NCBI GenBank assembly: GCA_028821995.1
Contig: JAPKEQ010000003.1
Span: 1 to 49,115 of the forward strand
DNA length: 49,115 bases
Origin: Alphaproteobacteria bacterium
GTDB lineage: Bacteria; Pseudomonadota; Alphaproteobacteria; UBA2136; JAPKEQ01
Direction: 5' to 3'
Below are positions 38,805 through 47,690 of the stretch, one piece after another. Numbering within the stretch: the first letter of the stretch is position 1; each line of letters begins with the position of its first letter. The position numbers and the translations under genes were made by a program. The notes beneath the pieces were generated by a model, which did no database searches, was not told where the DNA came from, and was given only the letters and a program-made list of their open reading frames with translations.

Positions 38805-39580
38805 TAAGCGTCCATATCTAAAATAAATGTAAGGTTTGTATCATCAGAAAGGTCAGGCATGAATACATAACCTTGTTCTTTAAAAGAGCTGAGCGCCCCT
38901 TCTCTTTTAATGCCGCTTTTAATTACCCAATCAGCAAAAGCGCCGCGCGCACGTTTAGCCATAAGGCCAATCGTTTTCATTTCACCATTTTTAATGTGCT
39001 TAAAATGTACGTTAATCAACGGACGGCGCAGCTTTTTTACATCAATTGCCTTAAAATACTCTCCAGACGCAAGGTTCAGCACAAACCCACCCTCAAGAGA
39101 CATAATTTCTTGGTTAAGCTTCTCTGTTAGCGTGTCTTTCCAGAAATCATAAAGGTTTTCACCTTTTTCATTCTTCAGTTTTGTGCCCATTTCTAGGCGA
39201 TACGGTTGCATCAGGTCAAGCGGACGAAGCATACCATAAAGGCCGCTCAAAATGCGGAGGTGCTTTTGTGCAAAGTCTAGCTGTGATGGCGTATAATTTA
39301 CGCTATCCATGTTATCGTAAACATCCCCCTTAAAAGCAAAAAGTGCCGCGCGAGAGTTCTCTGTTGTAAAGAGAGACTCAAAACCTTGATAGCGTGCATG
39401 GTTTAGTTCAGCTAAATTATCAGAAAGTTTCATTAAGTTCTTGATATCAGAAACAGAGTGTTTTTTCATAACCTCAACAAGTTCAAAAGATTCATCTCTA
39501 AATTCAGGGCGCGTTGGTGTATGCGCCGGTAGCACGCGGTCATAATCTAAAGTCTTAGATGGTGAGAGAAGCATCAACAT
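38804..39580 (-). CDS. yaaA: Peroxide stress protein YaaA (DUF328)
   Basis: LLSPSKTLD, FKGDVY, LRILSGLYG.LRPLD.MQPYRLEMGT, NLAS.EY, AKRARG. Confidence 0.93.
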   Translation of the reverse strand: MLMLLSPSKTLDYDRVLPAHTPTRPEFRDESFELVEVMKKHSVSDIKNLMKLSDNLAELNHARYQGFESLFTTENSRAALFAFKGDVYDNMDSVNYTPSQLDFAQKHLRILSGLYGMLRPLDLMQPYRLEMGTKLKNEKGENLYDFWKDTLTEKLNQEIMSLEGGFVLNLASGEYFKAIDVKKLRRPLINVHFKHIKNGEMKTIGLMAKRARGAFADWVIKSGIKREGALSSFKEQGYVFMPDLSDDTNLTFILDMDA

Positions 39581-39595
39581 AGAAACACCCTTTTC

Positions 39596-40123
39596 TTAAT
39601 ATTGTACAATTGGTCGCGTGGCGCGCGTATCCACATTAAAGGCCATGTCCATAGCTGTCATTGTGTCATAAGCACGTTTTGTAAGATCTTTTACACTTTC
39701 TGCCGTTCCACTTACAAAGCCGCCAATACCACGGCAGTATCCACTGCGGTACTCAGGACGCAAGAGAGAAGCATAAACAAGAGAGCGCTCTTCCCCTTGT
39801 TTAAAGCGGGTTCTGTACACACTGACAAGAAAGCCTTTATTGAAATCTATCTTTTCAAGGCGCACGTCAATCATGCGGAGCATTTTATCAAAGTCGCGCA
39901 GATCATGACTTTTACAAAGGTTAAGCTTTTGACGGTGCGTACCAAGGTCCATGGCAAGCTCTTCAAGCATATCAATGCGACGTAAGTGCGATGGCGTAAT
40001 AGCAAAACTTTTTCCGGCCATCACATCAGAAATTGCCGGTACATAAATAGGCATATCGGCCGCCTGCGCCTGCACAGATAGCCCTAACACAAACAAACCT
40101 AAAGCAAAAAACTTACTGCCCAT
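39596..40123 (-). CDS. Hypothetical secreted protein
   Basis: Signal peptide ending AQA; overlaps the upstream ORF. Confidence 0.6.
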   Translation of the reverse strand: MGSKFFALGLFVLGLSVQAQAADMPIYVPAISDVMAGKSFAITPSHLRRIDMLEELAMDLGTHRQKLNLCKSHDLRDFDKMLRMIDVRLEKIDFNKGFLVSVYRTRFKQGEERSLVYASLLRPEYRSGYCRGIGGFVSGTAESVKDLTKRAYDTMTAMDMAFNVDTRATRPIVQY

Positions 40124-40568
40124 GGATAACCACCGATTCTGTTTCAGTAAGCCAACCATTCATAGCGCCTTGCGTAATAATGGCCTCAACCTGATCACGG
40201 CTTAAGCTGTATTTTGCAGCAATTTCAGCTTCACGGCTCAAAATACGTTTTTCTTCTTCATTCATTAAAAAGCGAAACTGATCTGCATAATCAATATAGG
40301 AGTTAACCCCTAGGTTTACGCCAGCGTCAGTGTATGTATTAACGCCCTCTTCTAATTGAATATTCATCAGCTCATAAAAAATTTTCTTGGTATCAAGCGG
40401 CCCTGATGTAGATGAAACAATATCATGAGAACTGTCGCTATATGCATCATGTATTTTATCTGATGGCTGAAAATGCCAAGCAGCTGCCGGCACACCGACG
40501 AGAAGTAAAACTGTGAAAACTTGCTGTAATTTCATGGATCTTATTATCTTATTTTTATTTTGCCACAT
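40113..40568 (-). CDS. Hypothetical membrane-anchored protein
   Basis: N-terminal TM; 151 aa ORF. Confidence 0.6.
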   Translation of the reverse strand: MWQNKNKIIRSMKLQQVFTVLLLVGVPAAAWHFQPSDKIHDAYSDSSHDIVSSTSGPLDTKKIFYELMNIQLEEGVNTYTDAGVNLGVNSYIDYADQFRFLMNEEEKRILSREAEIAAKYSLSRDQVEAIITQGAMNGWLTETESVVIHGQ

Positions 40569-40658
40569 GATACTTCAGCAAGGCCTTTTCTTCAAGGAGA
40601 GTTTGCTACCTAAAGTAAAAACCTCTCGCACACGGCAAGAGGTTTTTATCTTTCGATT

Positions 40659-41018
40659 TTATTTCTTCATAAAGAGGATCATAGGAGCGACCAAACAAGC
40701 CAAGGCAACAACACCCCCCAAAATTGAAGAGAACGCTGCCACTTTAGATACAAGAATCACTGCCCCAAGTGCCACAACAAACGCAGTAACAATCATCTTA
40801 ATGCGCGCCCCTTGCGAGCTTTTGAGCACCTGTGGATTTCGCACATAAAAAAGCCAGCAGATCATCAAAAATTCAAGCACGCCATCTAAAATGTACAGGA
40901 CTGAAAACCCTGCAATCAAACCGATAATGATAGCCAGAAGCGCAAAAGCGCCAAAGAAAAGCATAAACATAGATGAGCTGCTCTGGGAAGTCATGCCTTC
41001 AGGTTCTTTATTTAGCAT
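40659..41018 (-). CDS. Orphan 4-TM membrane protein, paralog of 42120-42449
   Basis: Pyrimidine leader, TATGGAG; AATCGA plus terminator 40617-40647. Confidence 0.7.
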   Translation of the reverse strand: MLNKEPEGMTSQSSSSMFMLFFGAFALLAIIIGLIAGFSVLYILDGVLEFLMICWLFYVRNPQVLKSSQGARIKMIVTAFVVALGAVILVSKVAAFSSILGGVVALACLVAPMILFMKK

Positions 41019-41206
41019 GTGAAAACTCCATAAAAAGAGAAAAGAAAGATTAAATCTGCCGCAAAAATCGCATACAACCACATGAAAATCAAGCCAGTTT
41101 TGTGTTTTATATGCTTTTTGGCATAGTTTCTGCATTGTATACAAAACCTAAACATAACGTACCTTTTATAAGGCAAAACACAAAGATACATAAGGGGAAG
41201 AAAACA

Positions 41207-41608
41207 ATGAAACCACTAGAGTACTCAGGAAGCAGACCAAACATTTGGGCAAAAACAGTTACAATTAGCCGCCCAGTGAGTCATCAAACAATTTTCTTAA
41301 GTGAAAATTTTGATAAAATTAAGCTCTCTTTTGATCCAGAAAGCGCCACCCTCTATTTTGATGGCTATACGCTTCATATTCAATTTGATGATGATACAGT
41401 TTTAAGCCTAGAAGGATTTCTTATGGCGGCTCACTTGATGAGCTATGATGGTATTGAACTTGCCGATGGACGCACCATTAGCGCAGGCCACCTGCTCAGT
41501 AGCGCCAAGCGCTCTGGCCTGCCGGTGGATAAACATACAAAACTGCGCGAGCCAAAACTGGAAGAGATTCTGGCAAGCCCTGACGATTTTGTGACTCATC
41601 GCGAGTAA
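41207..41608 (+). CDS. Hypothetical protein
   Basis: Purine-rich SD before ATG 41207; ends before bidirectional terminator 41655-41683. Confidence 0.6.
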   Translation: MKPLEYSGSRPNIWAKTVTISRPVSHQTIFLSENFDKIKLSFDPESATLYFDGYTLHIQFDDDTVLSLEGFLMAAHLMSYDGIELADGRTISAGHLLSSAKRSGLPVDKHTKLREPKLEEILASPDDFVTHRE

Positions 41609-41693
41609 ACTCAACCTCTAGCACTTCAGTCTCAAGTCATAAAGTCACAAAACTTAAGCCCCCGTCATGTAGACGGGGGCTTACTTTATTCGA

Positions 41694-41897
41694 TTAGCTC
41701 TCCAGCGGTAGAGTGCATGCCATCCCAATTAAGGCAATCAGAAATACAATGGCCAGAATGATTGCAAGGCTTACCCAGAAAAGAGAAAGAGCCCAAATAA
41801 TACCCGTTAACACAACGGTAAAAACGAGAAGGAGAGTTATAATAGCGATACTGAGAGCGAAGAAAAAATATTTGGCACACCTTTTGCAAATTATTTT
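41694..41897 (-). pseudogene. Hydrophobic reading frame lacking a canonical start
   Basis: Frame ...KYFFFALSIAIITLLLVFTVVLTGIIWALSLFWVSLAIILAIVFLIALIGMACTLPLES* ends in TAATCGA plus terminator; in-frame TGA at 41898-41900. Confidence 0.5.
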
Positions 41898-41939
41898 TCA
41901 GGACGTTACATGACAATTGAATATGACGAGTTTAACCAG

Positions 41940-42040
41940 TTTCACGCTTCAAGCGCGTGAAAGGGTCGCGCCCCCGAACCTCACACCCCTGACATCCCCC
42001 TAACCTCCCCGAGGTTTGCGTGACCCACCCCTTTTACCCA
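41940..42040. other. GC-skewed structured non-coding element
   Basis: TTTCACGC/GCGTGAAA hairpin; GGGTCGCG/CGTGACCC and AACCTC/GAGGTT nested stems; several C-runs on the + strand. Confidence 0.5.
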
Positions 42041-42119
42041 AACCATGATAGTACGTCCGTACAGCAAAAAACCCCGCCTAGTCAGCGGGGTTTTTTCATA
42101 TTCGATATTAAGGATTCTG

Positions 42120-42449
42120 CTATTTCATAAAAGATGGAAATAACAAAAGGGCGAAAGCAACAAGTACTGCCCAGAATACGCCAATAAAGCTAATGCAGCC
42201 AACAATAAAAGTTGCAATCACAGTCATAAGTATAGCTGCAACCAGATCACTTTCATCTGCAAATCCACCAGTAGACTTATGTGCCCAGCGGCACACCATA
42301 CAGAATTGCAACAAGCAATATATGCCTAAGGACACCAAAGGATTACTTGAAACGCCGACAAGGGCAATAATGCCAAATAGAGCAAACACGCCCCATCCAA
42401 ACACATGTTCTTTTGTAAGAACAATAGATTTAGGTTGTTGATCAGCCAT
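42120..42449 (-). CDS. Orphan 4-TM membrane protein
   Basis: Pyrimidine leader, TATGGAGG; TATCGA plus terminator 42066-42096. Confidence 0.7.
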   Translation of the reverse strand: MADQQPKSIVLTKEHVFGWGVFALFGIIALVGVSSNPLVSLGIYCLLQFCMVCRWAHKSTGGFADESDLVAAILMTVIATFIVGCISFIGVFWAVLVAFALLLFPSFMK

Positions 42450-42631
42450 GAGAAACCTCCATAAAGAGCCGAAAGAAAAGATAAAAGATGTGAGAATTAG
42501 CCAATGTATACCATTAAAACTAAAAGTTAGCAAGGGGTTTATGGGGCATACCTTAAACCAAGGCAATACTTTTAAGGCCCAGCGCAAAGCCCTCCCCTCT
42601 CACAAAAAACTTGCATAAATGCGGGGCGTTT

Positions 42632-45514
42632 TTAGTACCCTCTCGCTACGTAGGTCATATCTCGTGCAACGGCGCTGCCTGCACTGTTGTAAACAGTGAC
42701 ATCAAAACCTGCGTTTGTGACACCAGAAAAGCTAAAGTAATCTCCGCTTATGCCATTTTGTAGCGTAAGGCTTACCGCAGGAGGGCTATAAAACCCTTGC
42801 GCAAAGCTAACAGACATTCCACCCGTGCCAACACTTATCTGATGGCTTTCAAGCCTATCTGGCATATCTACAGAAATATGAATATCTGAGATTTGCACGT
42901 TATGGGCGCTATTAGCACTTTCGGCAACCACCCGAAACTCAAAGCCGCGGGCTGTGATATCTGCCTGGGTTAGCGGCTGCCATACTGTCCATACGGGGCT
43001 GCTTGCTGGGTCATCCTGCGTGCTGCGCACCTCAAGGCTAACATCAATGGTCGCAAGATCGTCTCCATCAAATTTGCCTGTTCTGCTATCAAATTCCCCA
43101 TCGGTAACATCAAACACATTTCTGCTATCGGTAATTTCAGCAATAAAACGTCCTCTCACACGGCTGGTATAGATAGAACCCAAATCAATATGATCAGCAA
43201 GCGTGTAAGTTCCTGTTGTTACAAAACCGCCATATCCATCAAAAGAACCAAGCGCATCATCAAAATCTCCCGTTGCATCATCAAAGGGGCTTAACCCGTC
43301 CAGAATAATATTTTCTGTATCATGAACAAATCCCATAAGGGCCCCATCAAAGGTAGGGGCTGGTGTAAGGGTTTCTATAACATTCATACCAACAACCTGT
43401 GGCGCCGTTGTAATAATAGCTGCCGCACTGACACTTTCATTGCCTGTGCTATCTACTGCTTTTACCATATAAGTACCTTCTAGCAGGGGCACCACAGCGT
43501 GAGTACTAATCCCTGCAAGGGCGGGGACAAGGTCTACTGCTGTGCTCCAAGTAGCGCCAGATGTTTTTGCGCTATGACGTAGCCTTATACGCCCCCCTAC
43601 TTTTACATCTATATCTTCTGCCTGAAGCCAACTTAAATGCGCCTGACCGTTTTGCGCACTTAGGTTAAAGTTTTCTATGTCAGCGGGCGCTGCTGTTAGG
43701 CCCTCTACTGTAAGGGTAGCCTCTGATGGATCGCTCTCTATACCAAGCGGGCTTACAGATACAACTTGTACAGTAACCTCCCCCGGTGCAAGGTCTTCTA
43801 TAACCCACTGCGTATGAGCTGTTTCCCCAAGCGTTGTATAGGCACTCTCTCCTGCCTTTTTAAGCTTAATACGATACCTTATAGCAAAGGCATCATTGGC
43901 ATCTGCCCAAGTTGCAGTTATACGTGCCTTAACGCCGCTTCCATCTGTGGTTACATATAAGTCCTCTATAAGCTCTGGTATACCGGGCGCGGTAATCTCT
44001 CTCCCTGTAGGAAGTGTTATCTCTTCTATAAGAGAAACTGTCTTAGCGGCGCTCTCATCCCAATCATAAGCACTAGCAGATTCTTCCTTAAGGTTTATAT
44101 CTACGCCCCCGTCTTCGCTCATTTGCCAGTGAGTAATACGGAAAAGCTTATTCTCCCATCCAAGCTCTGGCAGGTTCAGGTTTATAACGTCCCAGACTTT
44201 AAGAGACATGCCTTTTAGGTTAAGAGGCACACTGAGAGAAATAGTATTTCCGGATTGAGAGAGCATGAGCGCTGCTATACGCTGGGCGCTCTCTATATGA
44301 TTTGTTAAAGGGAGCTCTATATTACTAGCAATAGATGTCCCCCCTAGGGCGGCAACCAAATCATCATCCTTCACCTCAGGGAAATCTACAATCTGATAGG
44401 CCTGTTCAGGATCTGCAAATACGCCCCTTACAGTATTAAAGCGCTCCTTAAGTGAAGGCGCAGCGTGAATGTTAATCTCTCCCCTCAGCCAATCTGCATC
44501 TAAAGTAGCACTTGGCGCATCATAGGCACCTGCCAGCACATGGAAAGCTCCATCTATATAAGGCACTGCCCCTGCCCCTGCACTTGTAAGAGTTTCAAGC
44601 AGAGTGAGAGGTGTATTGGCTGTATCAAGTACCCCGTTAACTGTGTAGCGTTTTACAGTGCCGCCCCCTTTAAGGTTTACAGGCTCATCAGATATATCAG
44701 CGCTTGCCATAATAGAAGCTTCATCTATTTCATCTACTGCGCAACCCAGCCCATAAATAGGGTTTGTCAGATAATCCCTAACGGCCAGTGCCCAGTTATC
44801 AGAGTATGCGCTTACCCCACTACGCGGATCGTATAATTTTTTACCTCTTATCTTAGCTGTTACGTTTGGAATACCATTGGGATAGGCACTGTCATTATAA
44901 AGGAGCCTAATTCTGGCATAAGACACACCTTGCAGACGATGCGCCTCTGTCCACTCTCCAAGATCTCTCACCATATCAGGGTCTGCTGTTTGCGTACTCT
45001 CGCCCGAATAAAACTTTACATTCACCATGGGGTAGCCTGCAGCAGTGATATATTCAGGGTTTGTGGCATTATCAAACTCATCTAGTGTCAACGGTACTCC
45101 GTCAAGGTAAAGGGTATCAAGGCCGTCCACCTCATGCCCTGTAAAGGCAACAGCCATATATAAGGTGCCATTAGTTACGTTATAAGGTACCAGCCGGAAC
45201 ACCTCCTCCGGCACACCTTCAACAAGCTCTTCTACCGTCATAGGCAGCAAAGTGCTGTTTACCGTACTAATATGGGCAATCACGCCGCCGGTGCGCGCAG
45301 TGCCATAAATTACCTTATGGCTTTCTATGCTACTACGTAACGTGGTGGAAAGGCCTCTGTTGCCTGTAAGGCCTCTTGGGCTTTGCGCCATAGACGCCGC
45401 AACAACAGTACTTGCAGCCGTGGCAGCAAAAGCGGCAGTTGCCGCGCTTAATCCAAGTGCAGCCGCCCCATGGGCAGCGGCGTATCCAGCAGCAGCAACA
45501 GCAATCGCAGGCAT
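42632..45514 (-). CDS. Phage tail-tip/host-specificity protein (J-like) with Fn3-like domains
   Basis: VIYGTARTGG, HRLQGVSY, GKKLYDPR..YSDNWAL..DYL...YGLG, RYTVNG, FNTVRG.F.DP, C-terminal ARGY. Confidence 0.85.
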   Translation of the reverse strand: MPAIAVAAAGYAAAHGAAALGLSAATAAFAATAASTVVAASMAQSPRGLTGNRGLSTTLRSSIESHKVIYGTARTGGVIAHISTVNSTLLPMTVEELVEGVPEEVFRLVPYNVTNGTLYMAVAFTGHEVDGLDTLYLDGVPLTLDEFDNATNPEYITAAGYPMVNVKFYSGESTQTADPDMVRDLGEWTEAHRLQGVSYARIRLLYNDSAYPNGIPNVTAKIRGKKLYDPRSGVSAYSDNWALAVRDYLTNPIYGLGCAVDEIDEASIMASADISDEPVNLKGGGTVKRYTVNGVLDTANTPLTLLETLTSAGAGAVPYIDGAFHVLAGAYDAPSATLDADWLRGEINIHAAPSLKERFNTVRGVFADPEQAYQIVDFPEVKDDDLVAALGGTSIASNIELPLTNHIESAQRIAALMLSQSGNTISLSVPLNLKGMSLKVWDVINLNLPELGWENKLFRITHWQMSEDGGVDINLKEESASAYDWDESAAKTVSLIEEITLPTGREITAPGIPELIEDLYVTTDGSGVKARITATWADANDAFAIRYRIKLKKAGESAYTTLGETAHTQWVIEDLAPGEVTVQVVSVSPLGIESDPSEATLTVEGLTAAPADIENFNLSAQNGQAHLSWLQAEDIDVKVGGRIRLRHSAKTSGATWSTAVDLVPALAGISTHAVVPLLEGTYMVKAVDSTGNESVSAAAIITTAPQVVGMNVIETLTPAPTFDGALMGFVHDTENIILDGLSPFDDATGDFDDALGSFDGYGGFVTTGTYTLADHIDLGSIYTSRVRGRFIAEITDSRNVFDVTDGEFDSRTGKFDGDDLATIDVSLEVRSTQDDPASSPVWTVWQPLTQADITARGFEFRVVAESANSAHNVQISDIHISVDMPDRLESHQISVGTGGMSVSFAQGFYSPPAVSLTLQNGISGDYFSFSGVTNAGFDVTVYNSAGSAVARDMTYVARGY

Positions 45515-45664
45515 AAATCTTTTCCTTTATTGGTTATATAAACAGGCCAATACATTCTGCTGTTACTTGCCTTGTGTGCGAAGGGGTTGAAAAATGAGAA
45601 AATCACGCTTATAACATAGGTAATAAAACAACTCTGTTTTCCTCTTCCTAGAAAGGACGCTCTC

Positions 45665-46378
45665 ATGCGTTTTCTTAAAACTGCCGTTTTCGGCTTTCTC
45701 TCTATCCTCTTGTTTGCAACACATGCAAACGCAGACATATCTAAAAGCCGCTTAAGTGGCTTCAAAGCACACAGCAGCCACACTTATGTGCGGCAAACTG
45801 AGTACCGCACATTCCGGAGCTCAACAGATGGCAAGCGTTACGAAGCCTCTTGGGTGACGTGGCAACGCTCTAATGGCTCCCGTTACAAGCGCTACACATG
45901 GTGCCAGCTTGATAGCCCGCGCCTTTGCAGTGCACGCAACAGCGTTGTTGAACTGCGCGGCCGGGTGGCTGAACCAGAACCCTACCGCGGTAACAGACGT
46001 GGTGAAGTACGCCTCAAACCGCTAAACCGTAGCGACAAATACATTGGACAGCGCGAATATAGACGCACACGTCAACATGAGTCTGCTTGGGTAAAGTTTG
46101 CGCGGCGCAATGGCAACGTCTATGAGGTCTATACGACCTGTCGTATTGGCACAACAACCTGCCAAAACCAGTCTGTAGAGGAACTCGGTTACCAGCGGCG
46201 CTACGACCAAACCCATAGAAATGGAAGCCGGCGTGGAAACACCCGCTATAATAACCTCACCGACAAGCAAAAAGAATGCATCCAAGGTGCAGGATTTTTG
46301 GGCGCCATTGATGACAACATCTTTGAACAGGATGGATTTAAGGCCATTCTGGCTCTTTGCCTGTTGCTCAACAAATAA
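45665..46378 (+). CDS. Orphan secreted Arg-rich protein with two internal repeats
   Basis: Signal peptide ending ANA; TAATCGA plus terminator 46392-46419. Confidence 0.7.
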   Translation: MRFLKTAVFGFLSILLFATHANADISKSRLSGFKAHSSHTYVRQTEYRTFRSSTDGKRYEASWVTWQRSNGSRYKRYTWCQLDSPRLCSARNSVVELRGRVAEPEPYRGNRRGEVRLKPLNRSDKYIGQREYRRTRQHESAWVKFARRNGNVYEVYTTCRIGTTTCQNQSVEELGYQRRYDQTHRNGSRRGNTRYNNLTDKQKECIQGAGFLGAIDDNIFEQDGFKAILALCLLLNK

Positions 46379-46544
46379 TCGAAAATAACTTAAAGCCCCT
46401 CCTTACCGAGGGGCTTTTTGCATGCCTGCCACACCCTGTAAGTTTTTCATTTAGCCTATAAGACATAAGAAAGCATCAAACGTTACAAGGCTCAGGTTTA
46501 GTGCTACACTTGAGCTCGTACAATAAAAAAGGCCAAAACACATC

Positions 46545-46850
46545 ATGGAAGCAGTCTTTAGAAACCGCCTGACCCGGGTTGAAAAACGACAAACTTTACA
46601 GGTTGAATTTAAACATGGCTTTGATGCTCCTGTTCGAACATGGTTTGAGGCTTCTGATAACAACCCCTTTGGCTGGGTTATGCAATTTGAATGTAAAAAT
46701 GATGCTCTTCTTAAAGAGTTCAAAGAAGACATTTTCCGTCGCGGTATAAATTATATTGAAAAACGTGCCGATGACGAAGTAAAGCAAATCTCTTTTAACG
46801 ATATCCAAGGCATGGCAGATGCCCTTGAAATTAAAAGCGTAGAGCGCTAG
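46545..46850 (+). CDS. Unknown ~100-aa protein upstream of the CBS gene
   Basis: Similar to 37730-38062; 1 nt gap to the CBS gene. Confidence 0.75.
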   Translation: MEAVFRNRLTRVEKRQTLQVEFKHGFDAPVRTWFEASDNNPFGWVMQFECKNDALLKEFKEDIFRRGINYIEKRADDEVKQISFNDIQGMADALEIKSVER

Positions 46851-46851
46851 G

Positions 46852-47256
46852 GTGGCACACATGACAACTTTGGATAAAGTTCTTCAAAAACAAAATTTGG
46901 GCCTCATTACCATTAATGAGCACAAAAAGCTTGGAGATATTATTGACAAACTGCTGGATACCCAGCGCAAAGCTATTCTTGTAACCGAGAATAATGGCGA
47001 GCTTGTTGGTATGGTGAGTGAAAGCGACATTATTAAGGCCGTGGGTAAATACGGTAAAGAAGCATCCGAAGTTGTGATTCATGAAATTATGACAGAGAGC
47101 CTTATTGTATCGCCTCCTCTAACAGAGGCACAAGAAGCACTGCGTATTATGTCAAAAAATAAAATCCGTCACCTGCCTGTTGTGACTGAGCATGGACATA
47201 TGCTTGGCGTGGTTGGCGTGGTCGAACTTGTCAGTTCTGTTATGGGCGAAGAATAA
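46852..47256 (+). CDS. CBS-pair protein
   Basis: LVGMVSESDI, EIMT, AL.IM.KNKIRHLPVV. Confidence 0.88.
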   Translation: MAHMTTLDKVLQKQNLGLITINEHKKLGDIIDKLLDTQRKAILVTENNGELVGMVSESDIIKAVGKYGKEASEVVIHEIMTESLIVSPPLTEAQEALRIMSKNKIRHLPVVTEHGHMLGVVGVVELVSSVMGEE

Positions 47257-47440
47257 AAAAAAACGCTTTCCCCTTGTAATTGTATTCAACATAGCATATA
47301 TACTGAATCAGTACAGTTTTTTCACGCTCATATGAGCACACGTTTTAAGGTTAGGTAATCTTAAAACAGAAAAAGCTTTTTAATGATAAAGATCCGCAGG
47401 AAATAGGCTTTTGCCCACCTGCAAAGAAAGTATAGATACA

Positions 47441-47644
47441 ATGGCTACTGGTACAGTAAAATGGTTTAACCCAACTAAAGGCTTCGGCTTCATCCAACCT
47501 GAAGATGGCGGCAACGACGTATTCGTTCACATCACAGCTCTAGAAAAAGCAGGCCTTAAAGGTCTTGACGACGGTCAAAAAGTGACTTACGAGCTTGAAG
47601 AGAGCCGCGGCAGAACTTCTGCTACGAACCTTGAGGTAAACTAA
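47441..47644 (+). CDS. cspA: Cold-shock protein
   Basis: [23 protein letters not shown]. Confidence 0.97.
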   Translation: MATGTVKWFNPTKGFGFIQPEDGGNDVFVHITALEKAGLKGLDDGQKVTYELEESRGRTSATNLEVN

Positions 47645-47661
47645 GCAGTTTCCCTTTGCCC

Positions 47662-47690
47662 CAGAAAAGGGAGCACTTGCTCCCTTTTCT
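47662..47690 (+). terminator. Terminator after cspA, without AANCGA motif
   Basis: AGAAAAGGGAGCA-CT-TGCTCCCTTTTCT. Confidence 0.8.

Noticed and set aside
10400-41050. General base-pairing between the 5' pyrimidine leader and the 3' CGA/A-rich tail
   Set aside because: Good matches for 41018 (ATCTTTC/GAAAGAT) and 10710 (TTCTGTT/AACAGAA) but none for 1375, 33765 or 34504; low complexity makes chance pairing likely
41686-41916. ORF-track proteins 41686-41916 (-) and 41713-41913 (+)
   Set aside because: No SD; they look like alternative or antisense frames of the hydrophobic frame 41694-41897
42632-46378. Prophage
   Set aside because: Only one phage-like gene; neighbours are not phage-like
607-46419. 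Classical integron with attC sites
   Set aside because: Hairpins are short terminator-like stems without consistent RYYYAAC/GTTRRRY ends, cassettes lie on both strands among core genes, and no integrase is present
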